64,000 bases of DNA from Escherichia phage vB_EcoM_ECO78. Under the pieces are notes generated by a model, which was not told the origin of the DNA, did not search any database, and worked only from the letters and a program-made list of their open reading frames with translations. Location of the stretch: the sequence record PP526941.1. The stretch is one strand, 5' to 3'. Of this stretch, positions 1-7,072 are shown in pieces (position 1 is the first letter of the stretch; each line of letters opens with the position of its first letter). A program made the position numbers and the translations under genes.

Positions 1-515
1 ACGAATTTATCAAAAAGATCATCAACAATAGTTAAGATATTCTTTTTACTAAGAATACGCTTATTTTCATGCTTTGTTTCAGAATCAACTATAAGAGTAA
101 AGAAATATTTCTTTCCCTGAAATTTTACCGTAGTATCAATATAAAATAAATTTGACTTTTGTAAATTACGTTTAAACCATGCGTCACTTAAACTATAAAT
201 GCCAAGATAATCATAATCGTCATTTAAATAACAAACTGTCCATTCAGGAGAAATGAAATCAGTAAATTCAACATCAAAATCACATGTCAATGAATGAATT
301 GATTCAATACTTTTAATGAGTATTCCAGGACGTATTAAAGACTTTTTACCTCTACAAAATCTTCCAGAAAGGCTTTCATCAGTTTCATATGAAGACCCCC
401 AATAGTAATTACGTCCTTCTGCCATGCGTTTAAGAGCATTTAGTAATTGGTCTGGAACATCAACCTGTCTTTGGAACTCTTCAAACATTGAATTGAAATC
501 ACTTTGCATTTTCAT
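1..515 (-). CDS. hypothetical early protein, partial (N-terminal ~171 aa; continues past window start)
   Basis: ATG at 513-515 preceded by GGAG RBS; open frame runs to position 1 with no stop (MKMQSDFNSMFEEFQRQVDVPDQLLNALKRMAEGRNYYWGSS...). Not in ORF track because it is unterminated. Confidence 0.5.
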   Translation of the reverse strand, partial: MKMQSDFNSMFEEFQRQVDVPDQLLNALKRMAEGRNYYWGSSYETDESLSGRFCRGKKSLIRPGILIKSIESIHSLTCDFDVEFTDFISPEWTVCYLNDDYDYLGIYSLSDAWFKRNLQKSNLFYIDTTVKFQGKKYFFTLIVDSETKHENKRILSKKNILTIVDDLFDKF

Positions 516-556
516 TCCTATTTACTCCAAGTAATAGGGGCCGAAGCCCCTTATCA

Positions 557-1150
557 TTATTTCAGAGAATTAATGTATTCCTGAACATCGGCAGAGGTGG
601 TTTCAACCCCAGAAATATTACCGTTAAAGGTTTCAACTCGAGCGAGAGTATCTTCAATATCAACCTTAGTCAGTGCTGCAATTTCAACTACATCATCAGC
701 AGTACTAATTCCAAGGGCATTTGCTGCACGAGTTTCACGGATATATTCCAATTTAACTGCAAGTTCTTGACGAGCATCATCTAACTCAACTACTTTCTTG
801 GCGATTTCAATTCGCATTTCAGCATAACCATCAGCTTTAGTAGTCAACTGCTCAGCTGTTCGACGATATAGTAAACCGAGTTTAGCATGCATTGTTACAT
901 CTTGACCTTCAAAAAGAAGCTTGCGAATTTCACGCTCTTTTGATTCGGCCTGCTTATTCTTTTCGACAATAAGTTCACGAATACGTTTTTCTTCATTAAT
1001 AGATTTAACAGAAGCAGTTTTTAGGTCTTTAATTTTATCAAGTAGTTTTGCTGCTGCAGCAGTATACTGTTCTTCAACAGATAGATTTTTAGCCATAGCA
1101 GAACCAAGTTTAGTGCGAATAAACTCAACAATTTTCTTCAGTGTGTTCAT
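557..1150 (-). CDS. hypothetical protein, 197 aa, predicted coiled-coil
   Basis: ATG with AGGAA RBS; heptad-like charged sequence; own sigma70-like promoter upstream. Confidence 0.6.
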   Translation of the reverse strand: MNTLKKIVEFIRTKLGSAMAKNLSVEEQYTAAAAKLLDKIKDLKTASVKSINEEKRIRELIVEKNKQAESKEREIRKLLFEGQDVTMHAKLGLLYRRTAEQLTTKADGYAEMRIEIAKKVVELDDARQELAVKLEYIRETRAANALGISTADDVVEIAALTKVDIEDTLARVETFNGNISGVETTSADVQEYINSLK

Positions 1151-1192
1151 AGTATTTCCTTAGGTTGATTAAGATTTAAAATCCGTGGAAGA

Positions 1193-1221
1193 ATTATATC
1201 ATGTTATCTGAGTGATGTAAA
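1193..1221 (-). promoter_or_regulatory. early promoter (sigma70-like: -35 GTTTACA, 17-bp spacer, -10 TATAAT)
   Basis: Minus-strand reading gaataaGTTTACA-17nt-TATAAT about 40 nt upstream of the ATG at 1150. Confidence 0.5.
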
Positions 1222-1222
1222 C

Positions 1223-1558
1223 TTATTCTTCGTCTAGCTCATCGATAAAACCGTCGATGGCCTCGATAACTGCATCATTGATAGCCAATAAAGTAAAATC
1301 ATCGTCAGTGCCTTTAGAAAATTCTAAAGCATTGATATATGCTTGATTAGCAAGTTCCCAAGCCTTTTTAAAATAAGGAGCTTCATCATCAGGGCCAACG
1401 AAACGTACACCTTCAAAGATACGGTTAGCATAATCCAATACCCACTGTACAGGCATATTTTGAGAACGTTCGTTAAACTCTTTAAAGTCCTTAGATTCAA
1501 AAAGCTCTTCGGGATAATTATTTCTATTACAAAAAGCTTTACTAAAGTTACGTTTCAT
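1223..1558 (-). CDS. hypothetical early protein, 111 aa
   Basis: ATG with GAGGAG RBS; acidic C-terminus. Confidence 0.6.
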   Translation of the reverse strand: MKRNFSKAFCNRNNYPEELFESKDFKEFNERSQNMPVQWVLDYANRIFEGVRFVGPDDEAPYFKKAWELANQAYINALEFSKGTDDDFTLLAINDAVIEAIDGFIDELDEE

Positions 1559-1581
1559 ATTGTTCTCCTCAAGTTGGGCTC

Positions 1582-1610
1582 ATAATATCTCAATCATGAG
1601 CCCATGTAAA
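1582..1610 (-). promoter_or_regulatory. early promoter (-35 TTTACA, 17 bp, -10 TATTAT) embedded in an inverted repeat
   Basis: Minus strand TTTACA-17nt-TATTAT; spacer lies inside the inverted repeat GGGCTCAT...ATGAGCCC (1576-1603). Confidence 0.45.
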
Positions 1611-1611
1611 C

Positions 1612-1875
1612 TTATTTCATATTATTGAAATATTCTTCTGCGATTTCGTCGTTATCATGGTAAACTTTAGAAGACAGTTTAACATAACCTTCAGCAGCGA
1701 ACATGTTAATCACAACCTTTACAGTATACCACTGACCGTCTTCATTACCCATTACTGCATAGGTTTCAAACATCGGATGGTCAGGACCGATAACTTTAAT
1801 ATCATTCACCGTACGACCAAAATCTTCTGAAACACATTTCATAAAGAAGTTGAACAGTTCGCCGTAATTATCCAT
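1612..1875 (-). CDS. hypothetical early protein, 87 aa from the ATG (track shows a TTG-extended 91 aa form)
   Basis: ATG at 1873-1875 preceded by GGAGA RBS at 5-nt spacing; the track start at 1887 is TTG. Confidence 0.55.
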   Translation of the reverse strand: MDNYGELFNFFMKCVSEDFGRTVNDIKVIGPDHPMFETYAVMGNEDGQWYTVKVVINMFAAEGYVKLSSKVYHDNDEIAEEYFNNMK

Positions 1876-1918
1876 TTTATTCTCCAAGTTGTTTTCTGTA
1901 TCAGTAGTTGATAGTTGT

Positions 1919-1947
1919 ATAGTACCATGGAAGAACAGGGATGTAAA
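1919..1947 (-). promoter_or_regulatory. early promoter (-35 GTTTACA, 17 bp, -10 TACTAT)
   Basis: Minus strand tttcacaaaacgGTTTACA-17nt-TACTAT; same extended motif recurs at 7025-7053 and 7391-7419. Confidence 0.5.
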
Positions 1948-2081
1948 CCGTTTTGTGAAAAAAATTTTTAAAAAGTTTTAGGGAATTCTAGGGTCAGGAG
2001 GGGCAATTAAAAGATAGGATAATATATTATAAAGGGTAGAAACTAAATGATGCCTAGAGAGGTCCAGAAAGGCCTAGATAC

Positions 2082-2107
2082 CAAAAAGCCCTATCATTTA
2101 GATAGGG
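2082..2107 (-). terminator. rho-independent terminator (hairpin CCCTATC/GATAGGG plus U-run) after the 187-aa IP-like gene
   Basis: Plus strand aaaaag-CCCTATC-attta-GATAGGG; on the minus strand this is hairpin then CUUUUU. Confidence 0.5.
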
Positions 2108-2115
2108 ATTTAAGA

Positions 2116-2679
2116 TTATTTGCTTAGTTTAGTTATTATAGCTTCGGCAGCAGCTTTTAGCTTAGATGCGGTGTTAATACGATTTTTAATTTCAGTATAC
2201 GCATCGCCAAGAACATCAAGGCTATCGGAATAAACACTTACACTATTGCGTTCGCTATTTGAAATAGAACCTTTAGTTTTACGATCAAAATCAGTGTACA
2301 CGTCTTGAAGATCACGGGCTGCCTTCTTTGCATCATCCAATGCATCAAGAGCTTTATTCAAAGCATTAACATATTTTTTAGTATCGAACATATTCTTAGA
2401 AATTTTAACAGGTGCACGTTCAGGAGTAGCTAAGGCAGATTTAGGAACCTGAGCGCCTGATGCTAATTTCTTAGAAATTTTGAAAAATGCTTTATTGAAT
2501 TTATTTTCTTGACTCATCGTAAAAGAACTATTATCAATGTTATACATTTCAATAGCTTTAGCTTTCCACTTAAGAAAATCGCCACGGTCTTTTGGGTCTA
2601 ATTGGAAGAATACTTTAGTAAGATCTGCTTCAGATGGTAATTTTGCTGCTTCGGTTAAAAATTCGGCGTAGGTTTTCAT
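2116..2679 (-). CDS. internal-protein-like capsid-targeted protein (IPIII-like), 187 aa
   Basis: N-terminus MKTYAEFLTEA resembles the T4 internal-protein capsid targeting sequence; AGGA RBS. Confidence 0.6.
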   Translation of the reverse strand: MKTYAEFLTEAAKLPSEADLTKVFFQLDPKDRGDFLKWKAKAIEMYNIDNSSFTMSQENKFNKAFFKISKKLASGAQVPKSALATPERAPVKISKNMFDTKKYVNALNKALDALDDAKKAARDLQDVYTDFDRKTKGSISNSERNSVSVYSDSLDVLGDAYTEIKNRINTASKLKAAAEAIITKLSK

Positions 2680-2761
2680 TTAAAATCCTTGAAATAATTT
2701 ATTGGTTATTAATTATTTATCACGTTGTTATATGTAACAGTATTATCCGAGCGATTCAAAC

Positions 2762-2790
2762 TAAAAAGCCCCAACCTTTCGGCTGAGGCT
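2762..2790 (-). terminator. rho-independent terminator; copy 1 of a repeated ~29-bp element
   Basis: AGCCCCAACCTTTCGGCTGAGGCT hairpin followed on the minus strand by UUUUU; near-identical to 3318-3345. Confidence 0.5.
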
Positions 2791-2797
2791 AAGAATG

Positions 2798-3271
2798 TTA
2801 TTTGATTTGTTTAGCAGACCAAATGCGGTCTTTAATAATTTTTTGGATGTCTTCAACATATTCAAGAGAGTGAACATGTGGGTTATCTTTGAAACTATAA
2901 GCACGAGCTAACTTTTGGCCTTCGGTTTTGATTACTAAAAGCTCTTTAAGGATAGCTTCATATTTAGCGATAATGCCTTTAACAATATTTTTTTCTTGTG
3001 CAGCTTTAGGATCTGCTTTAGGAGCAGGTTTACCCGAAGCCTTTGCAAAAGCAGCTCCAGTAGCAACTAAACTTTTCCAAGCCATACTAACTGCATTCCC
3101 TGTAAATCCTTCTGCTTTCATATCGCGAGCAAATTGGAATCGTGATTCATCGGAAGCATCTTTATAGGAATATTTACCCGCGGCAATGGCAGCTTTTGCA
3201 ACAGCTTGAATTTCGGTGCTAGATGCTTCATTTAACACCGCTTCATTTAAAAATTGAGCATATGATTTCAT
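2798..3271 (-). CDS. internal-protein-like capsid-targeted protein (IPII/IPIII-like), 157 aa
   Basis: N-terminus MKSYAQFLNEA (CTS-like); AGGAA RBS; minus-strand TATAAATA late promoter upstream. Confidence 0.6.
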   Translation of the reverse strand: MKSYAQFLNEAVLNEASSTEIQAVAKAAIAAGKYSYKDASDESRFQFARDMKAEGFTGNAVSMAWKSLVATGAAFAKASGKPAPKADPKAAQEKNIVKGIIAKYEAILKELLVIKTEGQKLARAYSFKDNPHVHSLEYVEDIQKIIKDRIWSAKQIK

Positions 3272-3307
3272 CTTATTTCCTGTTTTAATTCGTGGTTTTA
3301 ATATACT

Positions 3308-3315
3308 TATTTATA
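3308..3315 (-). promoter_or_regulatory. T4-type late promoter TATAAATA (minus strand)
   Basis: Exact TATAAATA on the minus strand about 35 nt upstream of the ATG at 3271. Confidence 0.55.
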
Positions 3316-3317
3316 CT

Positions 3318-3345
3318 AAAAAGCCCCAACCTTTCGGCTGGGGCT
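3318..3345 (-). terminator. rho-independent terminator; copy 2 of the repeated element
   Basis: AGCCCCA-ACCTTTCGGC-TGGGGCT hairpin followed on the minus strand by UUUUU; ends the non-coding block 3346-3656. Confidence 0.55.
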
Positions 3346-3656
3346 AAGCCTTGCGGCAACCTTGTCGGGGTTCCACCTGCTAAGGCAAGTGTTTGTACGA
3401 AACGCCGGGATTCGAACCCGGTTACCAAGCAGTTGACGCTACTCAATATTTTTAAAAGGCCATATCTCGACCATATCCGAACGTTCCGTCAAAAACGCTA
3501 CTCGGCTTACGGCAAAGATATTTCCTCGAATCGATAATTCGGTGCGCCGTTTCTGCTGTGATGTAAGGGGGCATTAACCGATCGCAAAGATTTGTTAATG
3601 CCAGTCCTTACCCAGGGAACATCAGTCCGACGACTTACCGGTAGCGACCCGGTTTC
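3346..3656 (-). ncRNA. candidate stable small RNA(s), positionally like T4 rnaC/rnaD at the distal end of the tRNA cluster
   Basis: 310 bp with no ORF of 60 aa or more on the transcribed strand; locally GC-richer; T-arm-like CCGGG-TTCGAAT-CCCGG on minus strand; terminator directly downstream. Confidence 0.35.
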
Positions 3657-4007
3657 TTAATATTCTTTTAAAGCATCAATCTGTTCACGGCGTTTACGCC
3701 ATAAATCAATTGCTTCATACGCAGATTCAGCATTTCGAATTAGCCGACATTTATATAAAGACTTATGATTTTGATATTGTGTAGATAACGGAATTTTATC
3801 TAAAAGGTCTTTACGTTCAAAATATTCGTAACCATCTAAACCAAATGAACGATTTTTAAGAAATTGCCAATGTCCAAATTCGTTTTCAACATAAACATAA
3901 TCTGCATGCTGATAAAGTAAATTAATTACACGTTCAGAAATAACAGTATCATTATGATTAAAATAGAATGTTAAATCATGAACTACTAAATAAACATTAC
4001 CTTTCAT
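3657..4007 (-). CDS. hypothetical protein, 116 aa
   Basis: ATG with GAGGAAA RBS immediately downstream of tRNA-Arg. Confidence 0.55.
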   Translation of the reverse strand: MKGNVYLVVHDLTFYFNHNDTVISERVINLLYQHADYVYVENEFGHWQFLKNRSFGLDGYEYFERKDLLDKIPLSTQYQNHKSLYKCRLIRNAESAYEAIDLWRKRREQIDALKEY

Positions 4008-4025
4008 ATTTTCCTCACTTATAAT

Positions 4026-4101
4026 TGGTCGAGGCAGTAGGGATCGAACCTACGACCCAGGACTTAGAAGGTCCTTGCTCTTCCTTCTGAGCTATGCCCC
4101 G
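4026..4101 (-). tRNA. tRNA-Arg (anticodon TCT), CCA encoded
   Basis: Manual fold: acceptor CGGGGCA/TGCCTCG, anticodon loop CTTCTAA, T-loop TTCGATC. Confidence 0.8.
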
Positions 4102-4105
4102 TAAT

Positions 4106-4181
4106 TGGGGTGACCGATGGGAGTCGAACCCATGACTACGAGAATCACAATCTCGAGTTCTACCAACTAAACTACGGCCAC
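4106..4181 (-). tRNA. tRNA-His (anticodon GTG), CCA encoded, no encoded G-1
   Basis: Manual fold: acceptor GTGGCCG/CGGTCAC, anticodon loop TTGTGAT, T-arm ATGGG-TTCGACT-CCCAT. Confidence 0.7.
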
Positions 4182-4294
4182 ATTAATACCTACTCCAACA
4201 ATCAAGATGTCTTCACACGAAATTAAGAGAAGAGTGATCAGTTCAACCCTATAATCGCGTCAAGTAGATATTAATGTGACAGTTGTCACAAATT

Positions 4295-4369
4295 TGGCGG
4301 ACGTGATAGGATTCGAACCTATAACCAATCGCTTAACAGGCGATCGCTCTGCCATTGAGCTACACATCC
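4295..4369 (-). tRNA. tRNA-Asn (anticodon GTT), CCA encoded
   Basis: Manual fold: acceptor GGATGTG/CACGTCC, anticodon loop CTGTTAA, T-arm ATAGG-TTCGAAT-CCTAT. Confidence 0.75.
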
Positions 4370-4373
4370 AAAT

Positions 4374-4460
4374 TGGTGGGGAGTGATGGAGTCGAACCAC
4401 CCGAGTCGCAATGACAATGGATTTACAGTCCACACCGCTACCTCTACGGGATAACTCCCC
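4374..4460 (-). tRNA. tRNA-Tyr (anticodon GTA), class II long variable arm, CCA encoded
   Basis: Manual fold: acceptor GGGGAGT/ACTCCCC, anticodon loop CTGTAAA, T-loop TTCGACT; 87 nt. Confidence 0.75.
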
Positions 4461-4473
4461 TTAATTCTTAATT

Positions 4474-4548
4474 TGGTGGCCCTGGGTGGAATTGAACCAC
4501 CATCTGGCGATTATGAGTCGCTTGCTTGAACCTTCCAGCTACAGGGCC
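4474..4548 (-). tRNA. tRNA with anticodon CAT (Met or lysidine-type Ile2), CCA encoded
   Basis: Manual fold: acceptor GGCCCTG/CAGGGCC, anticodon loop CTCATAA, T-arm GGTGG-TTCAATT-CCACC. Met versus Ile cannot be decided from sequence. Confidence 0.7.
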
Positions 4549-4556
4549 AAATTTTC

Positions 4557-5039
4557 TTATTTTATGTAATATTTATTTAAAAACTTTCTAGCTTGAGTAT
4601 GGCTAACATTTATAGCGTTTGCATAATTTTTAATAAAACCTCGTTCATCCATATTAAAATTTTCTAATATTTTTAATCGTCTAGTTATCTCATCTTGACT
4701 TAAGGTACTTGCATTATTTTTAGAAATTTTTTCTAAGGACTGTGCCGAGTGTTTTCTACCATTAAAATTAAAATTTTTAGATTTTGGAGGAAATCTAGCA
4801 TTTAATCTCGCATCTTTTGTATTTTGATTATTAGTTGCGCAATATATGTTATTTAATGAATATGGTCCTTTATCGCCGAAACGGCACATGCAGTATTCAT
4901 GACCCTTTCTTCCACGCTTATCATAATTTCCCGTCGATTTCCACCAATGCAGCCATTCATCAAAAGTTAAATTCCATTCAATGTTTCTACGTATAGCAGA
5001 ATTCCGCTGAGAAATATATTTTGCATAATCTTCTTTCAT
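4557..5039 (-). CDS. putative homing-endonuclease-like protein (Cys/His-rich core plus C-terminal HTH-like tail), 160 aa
   Basis: Sits between the two tRNA blocks, where T4 carries segB; motif GHEYCMCRFGDKGPYS...NNQN and basic C-terminus resembling an endonuclease DNA-binding domain. Track start is GTG; ATG at 5037-5039 preferred. Confidence 0.45.
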   Translation of the reverse strand: MKEDYAKYISQRNSAIRRNIEWNLTFDEWLHWWKSTGNYDKRGRKGHEYCMCRFGDKGPYSLNNIYCATNNQNTKDARLNARFPPKSKNFNFNGRKHSAQSLEKISKNNASTLSQDEITRRLKILENFNMDERGFIKNYANAINVSHTQARKFLNKYYIK

Positions 5040-5086
5040 CACAAATTTCTCTACTTATTCAATACACTGAGCTAAATCAGCAAAAC

Positions 5087-5176
5087 TGGCGGAGGCGATA
5101 GGATTTGAACCTATGAGTCGCCGGAGCGACTGCCGGTTTTCAAGACCGGTGCATTAAACCACTCTGCCACGCCTCC
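5087..5176 (-). tRNA. tRNA-Ser (anticodon TGA), class II, CCA encoded
   Basis: Manual fold: acceptor GGAGGCG/CGCCTCC, anticodon loop CTTGAAA, long variable arm, T-loop TTCAAAT. Confidence 0.8.
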
Positions 5177-5178
5177 AG

Positions 5179-5252
5179 TCTCCATACAAGGATTTGAACC
5201 TTGGACCTCCTGATCCCAAATCAGGCGCTCTACCAAACTGAGCTACACGGAG
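5179..5252 (-). tRNA. tRNA-Pro (anticodon TGG), CCA not encoded
   Basis: Manual fold: acceptor CTCCGTG/TATGGAG, anticodon loop TTTGGGA, T-arm CAAGG-TTCAAAT-CCTTG. Confidence 0.75.
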
Positions 5253-5262
5253 TAAATTAAAT

Positions 5263-5336
<74 letters not shown>

Positions 5337-5341
5337 AAATT

Positions 5342-5428
5342 TGGTGCGAGAAGTGGGACTCGAACCCACAAGGAAATCATTCCGCAGCATTTTAAGTGCT
5401 GTGCCTTTACCAATTTGACCATTCTCGC
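5342..5428 (-). tRNA. tRNA-Leu (anticodon TAA), class II, CCA encoded
   Basis: Manual fold: acceptor GCGAGAA/TTCTCGC, anticodon loop CTTAAAA, long variable arm, T-arm GTGGG-TTCGAGT-CCCAC. Confidence 0.8.
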
Positions 5429-5429
5429 G

Positions 5430-5502
5430 CTGGGAATAAAGGACTCGAACCTTTGCATCCTGGAATCAAAATCCAGTGCCTTACCAACTTGGCTAATTCC
5501 CA
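5430..5502 (-). tRNA. tRNA-Gln (anticodon TTG), CCA not encoded
   Basis: Manual fold: acceptor TGGGAAT/ATTCCCA, anticodon loop TTTTGAT, T-arm AAAGG-TTCGAGT-CCTTT. Confidence 0.8.
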
Positions 5503-5588
5503 ATTATTAACAAAGGCTCTCAAACAAGAACCCTTGATGATAGAGGGTATTAATCAGTGCGGTATGAATTAATAATAACAAATAATTC

Positions 5589-6104
5589 TTAAAGCAAATT
5601 AAACATTTTAACGGTCGGCAAAACAATTTCTTCTTCTATATAAGAGTATTTAACACTCTCAACTACACGCAAAAAATCATAATCATAATACTCAGAAGCA
5701 TTACCTAAAATATTAATAAGTCCTTCAAGCACTTTATTACCATTCGCAAAGAATAAGTCAAATACACGTTCTTCGTCTTCTTCGGATTTATTACCAAGGT
5801 CAACTTCTATATCAAATACCTTTTTAATGAATTCTGGATAAAGTTGTTCTGAGAACAGTCCTTCAACCAAGTATTCATAAATAAAAAGCGATTGCTCGCT
5901 GAACAAGCCATTACCACAATAGCGTTCAGCTTTAGTACTAGAATGTCTGCTTTTAAACTTCTTTAAAAGATATTGGAATTGTAAGATTTCATGCTCTTCT
6001 ACGCCAAACAATGTTTTGGTTTTATAGTTATCACCGTCATTTTCCCAGGTAGTGACATCAATTACGTAACCCTGCGGAATTGTAGTACCTAAACAAATAT
6101 TCAT
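5589..6104 (-). CDS. hypothetical early protein, 171 aa from the ATG
   Basis: Track start is GTG at 6113; ATG at 6102-6104 lies 2 nt after the stop of the upstream ORF (coupled). Confidence 0.5.
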   Translation of the reverse strand: MNICLGTTIPQGYVIDVTTWENDGDNYKTKTLFGVEEHEILQFQYLLKKFKSRHSSTKAERYCGNGLFSEQSLFIYEYLVEGLFSEQLYPEFIKKVFDIEVDLGNKSEEDEERVFDLFFANGNKVLEGLINILGNASEYYDYDFLRVVESVKYSYIEEEIVLPTVKMFNLL

Positions 6105-6106
6105 TT

Positions 6107-6397
6107 TCACCACGCTGCATTAATATAAGTATATTTAATACATTCAAGACCCAAAGGATTCTTGAAAATATCATATTCAAGAGGACCTTTTTCTGTTTCG
6201 ATAAAGAAATCAAAATTTACTGTATTAAATTTACGGTCTTCCTTCACTAATTTAACTTGAGAAGATGAACGGTCAATGTAAACCTTTTCAACTTCAAAAC
6301 ATGTTAAAATGCCATAATCATCAATCAAGGCTTTAGCCGCGTCTTGATCATATTTATATCCATTTTCAATGGACGATACTTTCGCATAAAGAATCAT
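6107..6397 (-). CDS. hypothetical early protein, 96 aa
   Basis: ATG adjacent to the stop of the upstream ORF (TAATAATG). Confidence 0.5.
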   Translation of the reverse strand: MILYAKVSSIENGYKYDQDAAKALIDDYGILTCFEVEKVYIDRSSSQVKLVKEDRKFNTVNFDFFIETEKGPLEYDIFKNPLGLECIKYTYINAAW

Positions 6398-6399
6398 TA

Positions 6400-6810
6400 T
6401 TAACCTTTATCAACAATAGTATGAGTATGGGCATTTACAATTTGCCACCAGTCGAAACTATCGCCAAATCGTTTTGATTTATTGTCTTCAATAATTTGGC
6501 GTAATTCATCTTCTGTTTCAGCATACGCAATCAAATCATCATATCCACCACAAGGATAGTAATTATCGCCTGCGAACAAAAGAAAATTTACTTTAGATGG
6601 GTCTACATAATAATGCTCTTTAGGATATTTAGTTCCTTTCCAATCAGTTACTTCAACATAACGGTAAGAAAATCCATTTTTACTTTCAACCCAACTCCAC
6701 GCTTCAAAAGGAGTATTAAAAACTTTATCAGGTATTAAATTACCTTCAAAATGAGAAGGATTTGCATAATCCCCAGCATAAACATAGTATTCGTTAATGT
6801 TAATACTCAT
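6400..6810 (-). CDS. hypothetical early protein, 136 aa
   Basis: ATG with AGGTGA RBS; aromatic-rich sequence. Confidence 0.55.
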   Translation of the reverse strand: MSININEYYVYAGDYANPSHFEGNLIPDKVFNTPFEAWSWVESKNGFSYRYVEVTDWKGTKYPKEHYYVDPSKVNFLLFAGDNYYPCGGYDDLIAYAETEDELRQIIEDNKSKRFGDSFDWWQIVNAHTHTIVDKG

Positions 6811-6996
6811 CTATTCACCTTTAGAAATTTTATCCATAACGATAGCAATTAAACCAATTAAAAATGCTACTACAAGTGAAAACACGTTTTCTGCTGTAGT
6901 CAATAATCCGCATATAAATCCAACAAACATTGAAAAACTAAAAGCAGAAGCAGAAATTGCAATAGCAACATTTCGAATTAATTCACAACGTTTCAT
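6811..6996 (-). CDS. small predicted membrane protein, 61 aa
   Basis: ATG with AGGAG RBS; two hydrophobic stretches (AIAISASAFSFSMFVGFICGLL and VFSLVVAFLIGLIAIV). Confidence 0.5.
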   Translation of the reverse strand: MKRCELIRNVAIAISASAFSFSMFVGFICGLLTTAENVFSLVVAFLIGLIAIVMDKISKGE

Positions 6997-7024
6997 TTTA
7001 TTCTCCTCGGTAGTTGATAGGGTA

Positions 7025-7053
7025 ATAGTATCACAACTAAAACCCTATGTAAA
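7025..7053 (-). promoter_or_regulatory. early promoter (-35 GTTTACA, 17 bp, -10 TACTAT)
   Basis: Minus strand atttcacaaagttGTTTACA-17nt-TACTAT, then AGGAG RBS and ATG at 6996. Confidence 0.55.
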
Positions 7054-7072
7054 CAACTTTGTGAAATATTTA

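Noticed and set aside
921-1585. Plus-strand ORFs 921..1163 and 1343..1585 antisense to early genes
   Set aside because: They sit fully inside well-supported minus-strand genes, have no RBS, and show hydrophobic low-complexity composition typical of AT-rich antisense frames.
2047-2127. Possible 26-aa plus-strand ORF (MMPREVQKGLDTKKPYHLDRDLRLFA)
   Set aside because: Very short, weak RBS, and it overlaps the minus-strand terminator hairpin at 2082-2107.
3292-3537. Plus-strand ORF (81 aa) across the non-coding block
   Set aside because: It is on the non-transcribed strand relative to all neighbours, lacks an RBS, and overlaps the terminator hairpin and tRNA-like element; the region is better explained as structured RNA.
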